From an uncultured Alphaproteobacteria bacterium (lineage in GTDB: Bacteria; Pseudomonadota; Alphaproteobacteria; Rhizobiales; Hyphomicrobiaceae), in contig CAWALW010000017.1 in the NCBI GenBank assembly GCA_963782855.1, positions 9,823 to 73,822 on the forward strand: 64,000 nt of DNA, written 5' to 3'. Position numbers and translations under genes: made by a program. How positions within the stretch are numbered: position 1 is the stretch's first letter; each line of letters starts with the position of its first letter. Below the pieces are notes generated by a model, which did not search any database, was not told the origin of the DNA, and was given only the letters and a program-made list of their open reading frames with translations. Below, in pieces: positions 9,168 through 17,536 of the stretch.

Positions 9168-10314
9168 ATGCTTCTCTGGATCGCCTTTGCAATGCTGACC
9201 GCAGCCGTGCTGGCCTTCGTGCTGGCGCCGCTCCTGCGTGCGCGCTCTGGCGAACCGGTGTGGCGGCCGGCGCAGGACCCATCGCGGTCTATCGCGACCA
9301 GCTCGATGAGATCGCAGCCGAGCAGGCCCGCGGGCTCCTCGGTGTGGCGGAGGCGGATGCCGCCAGGCTCGAAATTTCCCGCCGCATTCTGGCAGCCGCC
9401 TCTACAGGTGAAGCGCAGCCTCCAGCCGCAGCCAATATGCTTCGCGCGTTCCTCGAACCCCGCCACGCGACGCTGGCGCTCGCCACCGCTATCGCCGTTC
9501 CGCTGCTCACCGCCGGCCTCTACGCCGTCTACGGCGCGCCGCAAATTCTGTCTGGCGAGACCGAATCCACGCGCGAGGCCGCGCGCATCACAAGCCTCGT
9601 TGCCCAGGTCGAGGAGCGCCTGCGCGCCGCTCCCGGTGACGGCAAGGGCTGGGAGGTCATCGCGCCGGTGTACCTGCGAGCTGGGCCGGTTTGCCGAAGC
9701 AGCGGACGCCTATGCCAAGGCCGCGCGCCTGCAAGGCGACACCCCCGGGCTGCTGGCCGGGCTCGCCGAGGCCTCCATGCTCGCCGCCGGCGGCGTCGTC
9801 ACACCTGAAGCACGCATCGCCTACGAGAAGCTGCGCAGGATCAATCCTGCGCGCGTGGAGCCCCGCTTCTGGCTCGCGATGGGAAAGGAGCAGTCGGGAG
9901 AGCTTGCCGAGGCGCTCGCCGAGTACAAGGCGCTGCTGGCCACGGCGCCGCCCGATGCACCGTATCGCCCGCCGCTCGAGATGCGCGTGCGCGAGGTCTC
10001 CGCGCAGATTGCTCGCGCGGTCTGCCGGCGTGCCCGCTGGCCCGACCACTGCCGACATGGCCGCTGCGTCCAAGCTTGATCCGCAGCAGCGCGCACAGAT
10101 GATCGCCCAGATGGTGGACGGCCTTGCCCAGCGCCTCAAGACCAACGGCAACGACCTGCCCGGCTGGGTGCGCCTTGTGCGTGCCTATTCCGTCCTCGAA
10201 CGCCAGGACGATGCGCGTGCGGCCCTGGCCGAGGCGCGCCGCAACTTCAACGGCGACGCGAGCGCTCTCGCGGAGCTCTCCAAACTCGCCTCCTCACTCG
10301 GGCTCGGCTCATGA
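9168..10314 (+). pseudogene. ccmI: c-type cytochrome biogenesis protein CcmI (CycH)
   Basis: MLLWIAFAMLTAAVLAFVLAPLL, then GPIAVYRDQLDEIAAEQARGLL...EISRRIL, then TPR-like part RFAEAADAYAKAARLQ...LAEALAEYKALLATAPPDAPY, then [40 protein letters not shown]. These are spread over three frames (shifts near 9265, 9680 and 10030). The stop overlaps the ccmE start. Confidence 0.75.
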
Positions 10315-10772
10315 CCCGCAAGCAGCGTCGCGCCGTTTTCATCGGTCTCGCCGTCGCCGTTCTCGGCGTGGCGGTGTCGCTTGTGCTCTTCGCCCTGCGC
10401 GACACCATCGTCTTCTTCCACACGCCGAAGGAAGTGGCGGAGAAGCAGGTGCCGGCCGGCAAGCGCATCCGCCTCGGCGGCCTCGTCGCCGAAGGCAGCC
10501 TCAAGCGCGGCACCGGCTCCAACGTCGAGTTCGCGATCACCGACACGGCCAAGACCATTGCCGTCAGCTACACCGGCATCCTCCCCGATCTCTTCCGCGA
10601 GGGGCAGGGCGTGGTTGCCGAAGGCAAGCTCGACACATCCGGCCGCTTCCTCGCCGACTACGTGCTCGCCAAGCACGACGAGAACTACATGCCTCCCGAA
10701 GTCGCCAAGGCCCTCAAGCAGCAGGGCGTGTGGCAGGGCGACGCCAAAGCAAAGGGCAGCGACAACAAATGA
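10311..10772 (+). CDS. ccmE: Cytochrome c-type biogenesis heme chaperone CcmE (CycJ)
   Basis: Intact 153-aa ORF with N-terminal anchor and the RLGGLV...[14 protein letters not shown] heme-binding His region. Confidence 0.9.
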   Translation: MTRKQRRAVFIGLAVAVLGVAVSLVLFALRDTIVFFHTPKEVAEKQVPAGKRIRLGGLVAEGSLKRGTGSNVEFAITDTAKTIAVSYTGILPDLFREGQGVVAEGKLDTSGRFLADYVLAKHDENYMPPEVAKALKQQGVWQGDAKAKGSDNK

Positions 10773-10815
10773 GCATGGCCAAGCATGCGACGACGGGAGT
10801 GCCTTGCCCCATCGT

Positions 10816-10916
10816 TCCCTCCCCCCTTGTGGGGGAGGGACAGGGAGGGGGGGATTCCAGAACAATAGTTGTCGGGGTTCCCCCCACCCCTAGCCCCTCC
10901 CCACACGGGGGAGGGG
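10816..10916. repeat. REP-like composite element (two CCCTCCCC/GGGGAGGG hairpins) in the ccmE-ccmF spacer
   Basis: TCCCTCCCCC-cttgt-GGGGGAGGGA (10816-10840) followed by CAGGGAGGGGGGG. A second hairpin CCCCTCCCC-acacg-GGGGAGGGG is at 10894-10916. Confidence 0.55.
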
Positions 10917-10947
10917 AACGTGTCGGCACTCGCATGCGAGTACGCCA

Positions 10948-12933
10948 ATGATCGTCGAACTCGGACATTTCGCTCTGCTTCTCGCGCTCGCCGTCGCGAC
11001 GGTGCAGATGGTGCTGCCTGCCATTGGCGCACGCGCGGGCGACGCGCGCCTCATGCAGGTTGCCGAGCCCGCCGCCCTGGCCCAGCTCGCCCTCCTCGCC
11101 GTCGCCTTCGCGGCCCTCACCTACGCCTACGTCACCTCGGATTTCTCCGTCGAGAACGTGTGGGCCAACTCGCACCGCGACAAGCCGCTCATCTTCCGCA
11201 TCTCCGGCGTGTGGGGCAATCACGAGGGCTCCATGCTGCTGTGGGTGCTGATCCTCGCGCTGTTCGGCGCCGCGGTAGCCGCCTTCGGCAGCAACCTTCC
11301 CAACACGCTGCGCGCCAACGTGCTCGCCGTGCAGGCCACCATCGCCGTCGCCTTCCTCCTCTTCATCGTGCTGTCGTCCAATCCCTTCACGCGCATCCCG
11401 CTGCAGCCGGAGGGCCGGGGCCTCAACCCGATCCTGCAGGACTTCGCGCTCTCCATTCACCCGCCGTTCCTCTACGCGGGCTACGTCGGCCTCTCGATGG
11501 CCTTCTCCTTCGCCGTCGCCGCGCTCATCGAAGGCCGCATCGATGCCGCCTGGGCGCGCTGGGTCAGGCCGTGGACTCTTGCCGCCTGGGTCTGCCTCAC
11601 CCTCGGCATCGCCATGGGCTCCTGGTGGGCCTACTACGAGCTCGGCTGGGGCGGCTGGTGGTTCTGGGACCCGGTCGAGAATGCCTCCTTCATGCCCTGG
11701 CTCGCCGCCACCGCGCTGTTGCACTCCGCCGTCGTGATGGAGAAGCGCGAGGCGCTGAAGGTGTGGACCATCCTGCTCGCCATCCTCGCCTTCTCGCTGT
11801 CGCTCATCGGCACGTTCCTGGTGCGCTCCGGCATCCTCACATCGGTGCATTCCTTCGCCGTCGACCCGCGGCGCGGCGTGTTCATCCTCATGATCCTGCT
11901 CGTGCTCATCGGCGGCGCGCTCATGCTCTATGCTTGGCGCGCGCCGCAGCTCCGGCAGGGCGGCCTGTTCGCGCCCATCAGCCGCGAGGGCGCTCTCGTC
12001 CTCAACAACGTGCTGCTCACCGTCGCCTGCGCGACCGTCTTCATCGGCACGCTCTATCCGCTGGCGCTGGAGTCGCTGACCGGCGACAAGATTTCCGTGG
12101 GGCCGCCCTACTTCAATCTCACCTTCGGCCCGCTGATGATCCCGCTGCTGCTGGCGGTCCCTCTCGGGCCGATGCTCGCCTGGAAGCGCGGCGACGTCGC
12201 TGGCGCCCTGCAGCGCCTGTTTGCAGCCGCCATTCTCGCGCTGCTTGCACTGGTGACCGTTGCGGCCCTGATGTGGCGCGGCCCCTGGCTCGCGCCGTTC
12301 GGCATCGCGCTCGGCGTGTGGGTCGTCGCCGGCGCCGTCTCCGAGTGGGCCACGCGCATCAAGCTGTTCGGCGCCTCGTCCGAGGAAGCCTTGCGCCGCG
12401 CTGCCGGCCTGCCGCGCTCGGCCTACGGCGGCATGCTCGCGCACGCCGGCGTCGGCATCACCGTCATCGGCATCGTCGCCACCTCCGCCTGGCAGAGCGA
12501 GGTCGTCGTCGCCATGAAGCCCGGCGAGCAGGCCGCGATCGCCGGCTACCAGCTCGCCTTCCGAGGCGTCGCGCCCGCGCGAGGGCCGAACTACGAGGAG
12601 CAGGTCGGCACGTTCTCCGTCACGCGCGGCGGCTCTCCCGTCACCGAGCTGACGCCCTCGAAGCGCACCTTCGACGCACCGCGCCAGACCACCACGGAAG
12701 CGGGCATCCACGTGTCCTGGCGCGGCGATCTCTATGCCGTCCTCGGCGATGAAATGACTGGCGGCGGCTGGGCCGTGCGCCTCTACTTCAACCCGCTCGT
12801 TCGCTTCATCTGGCTCGGCGCGATCCTGATGGCGCTCGGCGGCGTCCTCTCCCTCTCCGACCGCCGCCTCCGCGTCGGCGCCCCGCGACGAGCACGCGGA
12901 AAGCGGGCGCCTTTACCTTCGCCAGCCGAATGA
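10948..12933 (+). CDS. ccmF: Heme lyase CcmF (CycK)
   Basis: Intact 661-aa polytopic ORF with the [12 protein letters not shown] tryptophan-rich motif. Confidence 0.92.
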   Translation: MIVELGHFALLLALAVATVQMVLPAIGARAGDARLMQVAEPAALAQLALLAVAFAALTYAYVTSDFSVENVWANSHRDKPLIFRISGVWGNHEGSMLLWVLILALFGAAVAAFGSNLPNTLRANVLAVQATIAVAFLLFIVLSSNPFTRIPLQPEGRGLNPILQDFALSIHPPFLYAGYVGLSMAFSFAVAALIEGRIDAAWARWVRPWTLAAWVCLTLGIAMGSWWAYYELGWGGWWFWDPVENASFMPWLAATALLHSAVVMEKREALKVWTILLAILAFSLSLIGTFLVRSGILTSVHSFAVDPRRGVFILMILLVLIGGALMLYAWRAPQLRQGGLFAPISREGALVLNNVLLTVACATVFIGTLYPLALESLTGDKISVGPPYFNLTFGPLMIPLLLAVPLGPMLAWKRGDVAGALQRLFAAAILALLALVTVAALMWRGPWLAPFGIALGVWVVAGAVSEWATRIKLFGASSEEALRRAAGLPRSAYGGMLAHAGVGITVIGIVATSAWQSEVVVAMKPGEQAAIAGYQLAFRGVAPARGPNYEEQVGTFSVTRGGSPVTELTPSKRTFDAPRQTTTEAGIHVSWRGDLYAVLGDEMTGGGWAVRLYFNPLVRFIWLGAILMALGGVLSLSDRRLRVGAPRRARGKRAPLPSPAE

Positions 12934-13466
12934 AAAGCGTGCTGCAAATCGTTCGTCATTCCCGCGAAGGCGGGAATCCAGTCCACCGCTCGACGTTCAT
13001 ATCGGGCCTGTTCGCACTCGTCCTTTTGCCGTTGGCTGGCCTAGTCGCCCACGCCGTTGAGCCCGGCGAGATGCTGAAGGACCCCGCGCTCGAAGCCCGC
13101 GCCCGCACGCTCTCGCAGGAGCTGCGTTGCGTCGTGTGCCAGAACCAGTCGATCGACGATTCCAACGCCCCCCTCGCGCACGACCTGCGCGTCCTCGTCC
13201 GCGAGCGGCTGACGGCCGGCGATTCGGACACGCAGGTTCTCGGCTACATCACGGCCCGCTACGGCGAGTTCGTGCTTCTGCGCCCCCGTCTCAAGCCCGA
13301 AACACTTGTTCTCTGGCTCACACCCCTGCTGCTGATCGCCGGCGCGGGGGCTTTCCTGGTCCGCGCACGCATGCGCGCCACCGCCCCTCCGGGCTCCGCC
13401 GCGCCGCTGAGCCCCGACGAGCAGCGGCGCCTTGCCGAGATCATGCGCGAGGAGCGCCCCTCCTGA
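12930..13466 (+). CDS. ccmH: Cytochrome c-type biogenesis protein CcmH (CycL)
   Basis: ATGA overlap with ccm[17 protein letters not shown] (CxxC motif) and a C-terminal TM segment. The N-terminal 20 codons contain a REP element. Confidence 0.88.
   Translation: MKSVLQIVRHSREGGNPVHRSTFISGLFALVLLPLAGLVAHAVEPGEMLKDPALEARARTLSQELRCVVCQNQSIDDSNAPLAHDLRVLVRERLTAGDSDTQVLGYITARYGEFVLLRPRLKPETLVLWLTPLLLIAGAGAFLVRARMRATAPPGSAAPLSPDEQRRLAEIMREERPS
12955..12981. repeat. REP element GTCATTCCCGCGAAGGCGGGAATCCAG embedded in the 5' end of ccmH
   Basis: Perfect 8-bp inverted repeat ATTCCCGC-gaag-GCGGGAAT, translated as [11 protein letters not shown] inside the ccmH ORF. Confidence 0.6.
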
Positions 13467-13585
13467 GGCGTTCCCAGTGTCGTGATCGACCATTACCAAG
13501 TTTTAAGGTGGCAGAAATGGCCACGTAATTTTGCCCTCCGTATACCGGGCCATCGAACTTCATCCCGGTCGCGAGGTCAGATCGA

Positions 13586-15145
13586 ATGTCCCTTCTCCCG
13601 GTTTTAGCGCCCGCGTCCCGCTGGCGTGTGGCAACGGCGTCCGCGGTGGCGGCCGCCGCGCTTGCAGGTGGCCTCTTTCTCGCAGTGCCCCAGCAGGGCC
13701 TGCAGGCCCAGCAGCGCGTCGATCAGATGTCGCGTGCGCCGCTCTCCTTCGCCGACATCGTCGAGCGCGTGAAGCCGGCCGTCGTCAGCATCCAGGTCAG
13801 CGCCGGCGGCGGTCCAAAGGTGGCCAAGGGCCCCGCGCCTTCCCCGCGTGGCAAGGAAGGCAACCGTGATCGCGACGGCGGCCGTGGCAACGACATGCTG
13901 CCCAATCTTCCCGACGACCATCCGCTCAACGAGTTCTTCCGCAACCTGCCGCGTGACCCCCGCGGGCAGCCGCGGCCGACACAGGCCCAGGGCTCCGGCT
14001 TCCTGATCTCGCCCGACGGCTATCTCATCACCAACAATCACGTCATCGACAATGCCACCAAGGTTCAGGTCATCTTCGACCAGAACAACAAATACGAGGC
14101 GGATCTTGTCGGCACCGACCAGCGCACCGATCTGGCCTTGCTGAAGATCAAGGCCAACGGCAAGACCTTCCCCTACGTCAAGCTCGCCGACGGCGCTCCT
14201 CCGCGCGTCGGCGACTGGGTGATCGCGGTCGGCAACCCGTTCGGCCTCGGCGGCACGGTCACGGCCGGCATCGTCTCCGCGCACGGGCGCGATATCGGCT
14301 CGGGTCCCTACGACTACATGCAGATCGACGCTGCCGTGAACAAGGGCAACTCCGGTGGCCCGACCTTCAACCTCGATGGCGATGTGGTCGGCGTCAACAC
14401 CGCGATCTACAGCCCGTCCGGCGGCAGCATCGGCATCGCCTTTGCCATTCCCGCCAAGACCGTCACCGAAGTCGTCGCCCAGCTCAAGACGTCGGGTTCC
14501 GTCAAGCGCGGCTGGCTCGGTGTGCGCATCCAGAGCCTCGACGACGACATGGCGGCGAGCCTGGGCCTGACCGAGGCCAAGGGCGCACTCGTCAACGAAG
14601 TGACCTCCCCCGGTCCCGCTGCCGAGGCTGGCATCAAGAACGGCGACACGATCCTTGCGGTCAACGGCGTCAAGATCAACGACAGCCGCGATCTCGCCCG
14701 CCAGATCGCCAACTTCACGCCCGGCAGCAAGGTCGACGTGAAGGTGTTGCGCGGCCAGCGTGAGCAGACGATCGGCGTCAAGCTCGGCACCCTGCCCAGC
14801 GGTCCGGAGCTGGCCAAGGCAGGCCCTCCGGGAAAGGCGCCCCAGCCGCCACAAGCCACCGAGCTCGAGCAGCTCGGCCTCTCGGTCGCGCCTGTTACGG
14901 GTTCCGACAAGGAAGGCGTGATGATCACGGATGTCGACAACGACTCCGATGCCGCCAGGAAGGGCCTCCGTGTCGGCGACGTGATCCTCGAGATGGGCGG
15001 AGCCGTCGTGTCCGCGCCGCAGGATGTCGTCGAGGCGATCCGCGAGGCGGGCCGCCTGCAGCGCCGCGCGGTTCTCATGCGGATCAGGTCAGGCACCGAC
15101 ACGCCGCGGTTTTTGGCAGTCCAGTTGAACAGCACCAAGCGCTGA
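13586..15145 (+). CDS. degP: Do-family periplasmic serine endoprotease DegP/HtrA (two PDZ domains)
   Basis: Intact 519-aa ORF with GSGFLISPDGYLITNNHV, DLALLKI and GNSGGP (His/Asp/Ser triad contexts) and two PDZ-like regions. Confidence 0.9.
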   Translation: MSLLPVLAPASRWRVATASAVAAAALAGGLFLAVPQQGLQAQQRVDQMSRAPLSFADIVERVKPAVVSIQVSAGGGPKVAKGPAPSPRGKEGNRDRDGGRGNDMLPNLPDDHPLNEFFRNLPRDPRGQPRPTQAQGSGFLISPDGYLITNNHVIDNATKVQVIFDQNNKYEADLVGTDQRTDLALLKIKANGKTFPYVKLADGAPPRVGDWVIAVGNPFGLGGTVTAGIVSAHGRDIGSGPYDYMQIDAAVNKGNSGGPTFNLDGDVVGVNTAIYSPSGGSIGIAFAIPAKTVTEVVAQLKTSGSVKRGWLGVRIQSLDDDMAASLGLTEAKGALVNEVTSPGPAAEAGIKNGDTILAVNGVKINDSRDLARQIANFTPGSKVDVKVLRGQREQTIGVKLGTLPSGPELAKAGPPGKAPQPPQATELEQLGLSVAPVTGSDKEGVMITDVDNDSDAARKGLRVGDVILEMGGAVVSAPQDVVEAIREAGRLQRRAVLMRIRSGTDTPRFLAVQLNSTKR

Positions 15146-15283
15146 GGATCGCCACGGTAAGTCGCGAGGCCACCTGATCCGATCTGGACAGGCGGCCTCG
15201 CTTGGCCTCTTGTGGATTTGACCGGCAGTTCGAAAGCTATGGAACAAGCCGCCCTAAATCGGATCAGTGAAACCGGCAGCGCC

Positions 15284-15964
15284 ATGCGCGTTCTCGTGAT
15301 CGAAGACGACCGGGAGACCGCGCAGTTTCTGCAGCGCTCCCTCAAGGAGAACGGCCACATGGCCGATCTCGCAGCCGACGGCGAGACGGGCCTCGCCATG
15401 GCGCGCGAGCCGGGCTGGGACGTGCTCATCGTCGACCGGATGCTGCCCCGCCTCGATGGGCTCTCCCTGATCTCCAAACTGCGCGAGGAGGGCGTGCGTA
15501 CGCCCGTGCTCATTCTCTCCGCCCTCGGCGAGGTCGATGACCGCGTGAAGGGTCTCCGCGCCGGCGGCGACGACTACCTCACCAAGCCCTACGCCTACAC
15601 CGAGCTGCTGGCGCGCATCGAGGCGCTGTCGCGCCGTCCGCGGCCCGAGGAGCAGGTCACCCGCTACGCCATCGGCGACCTCACCCTGGATCGTCTCTCC
15701 CACAAGGTCGCCCGCGCCGGCCAGTCGATCGCGCTGCAGCCGCGCGAGTTCCGTCTCCTCGAATACCTGATGCGCAACGCGGGCCAGGTCGTGACCCGCA
15801 CCATGCTGCTGCAGAATGTCTGGGACTATTATTTCGATCCCCAGACCAACGTGATCGACGTGCACATCTCGCGCCTCAGGAGCAAGATCGACAAGGGCTT
15901 TGCCAAGCCCCTTCTCCACACCGTGCGCGGGTCCGGGTACATGATCCGTGACGGCGCTGAGTAG
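15284..15964 (+). CDS. OmpR-family response regulator
   Basis: MRVLVIEDDRETAQFLQRSL...DVLIVDRMLPRLDG...GGDDYLTKPY plus winged helix LQPREFRLLEYLMRNAGQVVTRTML...VRGSGYMI. Intact. Confidence 0.88.
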   Translation: MRVLVIEDDRETAQFLQRSLKENGHMADLAADGETGLAMAREPGWDVLIVDRMLPRLDGLSLISKLREEGVRTPVLILSALGEVDDRVKGLRAGGDDYLTKPYAYTELLARIEALSRRPRPEEQVTRYAIGDLTLDRLSHKVARAGQSIALQPREFRLLEYLMRNAGQVVTRTMLLQNVWDYYFDPQTNVIDVHISRLRSKIDKGFAKPLLHTVRGSGYMIRDGAE

Positions 15965-17415
15965 GCTTGTCGCCTCCACTCCCTTCCGTCTCGCGCTCGC
16001 CTACATGGGCGCGTTCATCCTTGCGGCGGTGCTGATCGTCGGCTTCGTCGCCTGGCGCGCCAACGACCTTCTCACCAGTCGCACCGTGGAGGCGCTGGCC
16101 ACCGAAGTGGCGAGCCTGCGCGAGCACCTGCAGACTGGGGGCCACGCCGGCTTGGTGATGGCCATCAACGAACGTGTCGCTGAGCCCGGCGCCAATCTCT
16201 ACCTGCTGCTGGACGCCAACGGTCGCAAGGTGGCCGGCAACCTCAGTGCCATGCCGACCGCCCTTGGCAAAGAACTCGGCAGCGAGGTCTTTACCTATAC
16301 GCGCGGCTCGGACCGTGCCAACCGGCTTGCCGTCGCTGTCGCGCGCTCCGTGCCGGGCAACTCGACGCTGATCGTCGGCCGCGACGTGGAGGACCAGCGC
16401 CAGTTCGCCGCCACCATCGGGCGCGTGGCGCTCTGGAGCGTCGGGCTGCTCGCCGCCCTCGGCGTCGGCGCCGGCCTTCTCGCCAGCCGCGGCGTGCTTC
16501 GCCGCATCGATGCGGTTACCGTCGCCAGCCGCCAGATCATGAGCGGCGATCTCTCCCGGCGCATTCCGCTCGACGGCTCGGGCGACGAGATCGACCGTCT
16601 GTCGGCCGGCCTCAACGCCATGCTGGCGCGCATCGAGGACCTGATGACGGCCCTGCGCGAGGTCTCCGACAACATCGCGCACGATCTGAAAACGCCCCTC
16701 ACCCGCCTGCGCAACCGCGCCGAAGCCGCCCTGCGCGAGCCCGGTGCCGATGGCTCGCATCGCGACGCGCTGGCCAAGACGATGGAGGAGGCCGACGAGC
16801 TCATCAAGACCTTCAACGCCCTGCTGCTGATCGCGCGGCTTGAAGGCGGCGCCGTCGCGGAAAGCATGGCGCCCGCTGATCTTGCCGCCATCGTCGGCGA
16901 CGTGGCCGACCTTTACGAGCCGGTGGCTGAGGACGCTGGCCTCACGTTGAAGCTGAGCGCTCCTGTAGACCCTGACAGCGACCATCAATCGCGAGCTGGT
17001 GAGCCAGGCCGTCGCCAACCTCGTCGACAATGCCATCAAGTATTCGGCCGCCGACGAAGCCGTGGCAGCCACCGGTTCCCCCTCAACCGTCGAGATCACG
17101 CTTGAAGCGCGCGGCGACATGGCCGCCATCTCCGTTGCCGACCGCGGCCCTGGAGTCGCGCCGGAGGACCGCGAGCGCGCGCTGCAGCGTTTCGTTCGCC
17201 TGGAGAAGAGCCGCTCCCGCCCCGGCGCCGGCCTCGGCCTCAGCCTGGTCGCCGCCGTCGCCCGCCTGCACGGCGGCTCGGTGCGACTGGAAGACAATGC
17301 GCCGGGCTTGCGGGCCGTCATCCTCCTGCCGGCCGGTCAGCACGTCGCGTCTCAGGTACGCTCAATCACCGTTGCCCCCGCCGAGCGCACGCGCCGCGAA
17401 CCCGAGACGGCCTGA
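15948..17415 (+). pseudogene. Sensor histidine kinase (HAMP-HisKA-HATPase), one frameshift
   Basis: Overlaps the regulator stop. HAMP region RRIDAVTVASRQIMSGDLSRRIP. H-box SDNIAHDLKTPLT. After a shift near 16975: LVSQAVANLVDNAIKYS, ISVADRGPGV, GAGLGLSLVAAVARLHGG. Confidence 0.8.
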
Positions 17416-17536
17416 TCTCGCGTGTCCGGGCATCGCCGGTTTTCCTGGCCGGGTCTCCCGTGTTAGCTCTCGCTTTCCCTCGCGGCGGAAACCAAAGGGT
17501 GCGGCCCTGACCGACCTGCCTCTCCATAAGCGCATC

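Noticed and set aside
10714-12711. 665-aa minus-strand ORF antisense to ccmF, and similar long antisense or out-of-frame ORFs (e.g. 43411-45126 minus, 31804-33897 minus, 46528-48363 plus, 41852-43414 minus, 7272-9026 plus)
   Set aside because: The composition is Arg/Gly/Ala/Asp-rich low complexity with no recognisable motifs. Each lies opposite a well-supported gene. These are typical high-GC shadow ORFs.
13495-13515. CtrA-like half sites (TTAC-N7-TAAG) upstream of degP, and TTAACCAATTGAATT near 39345
   Set aside because: Neither matches TTAA-N7-TTAA on both halves. This is AT-rich promoter DNA where such near-matches are expected.
15164-15201. Possible terminator after degP (GCGAGGCC ... 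GGCCTCGC)
   Set aside because: The loop is 22 nt and the downstream T-tract is weak. It is not convincing as an intrinsic terminator.
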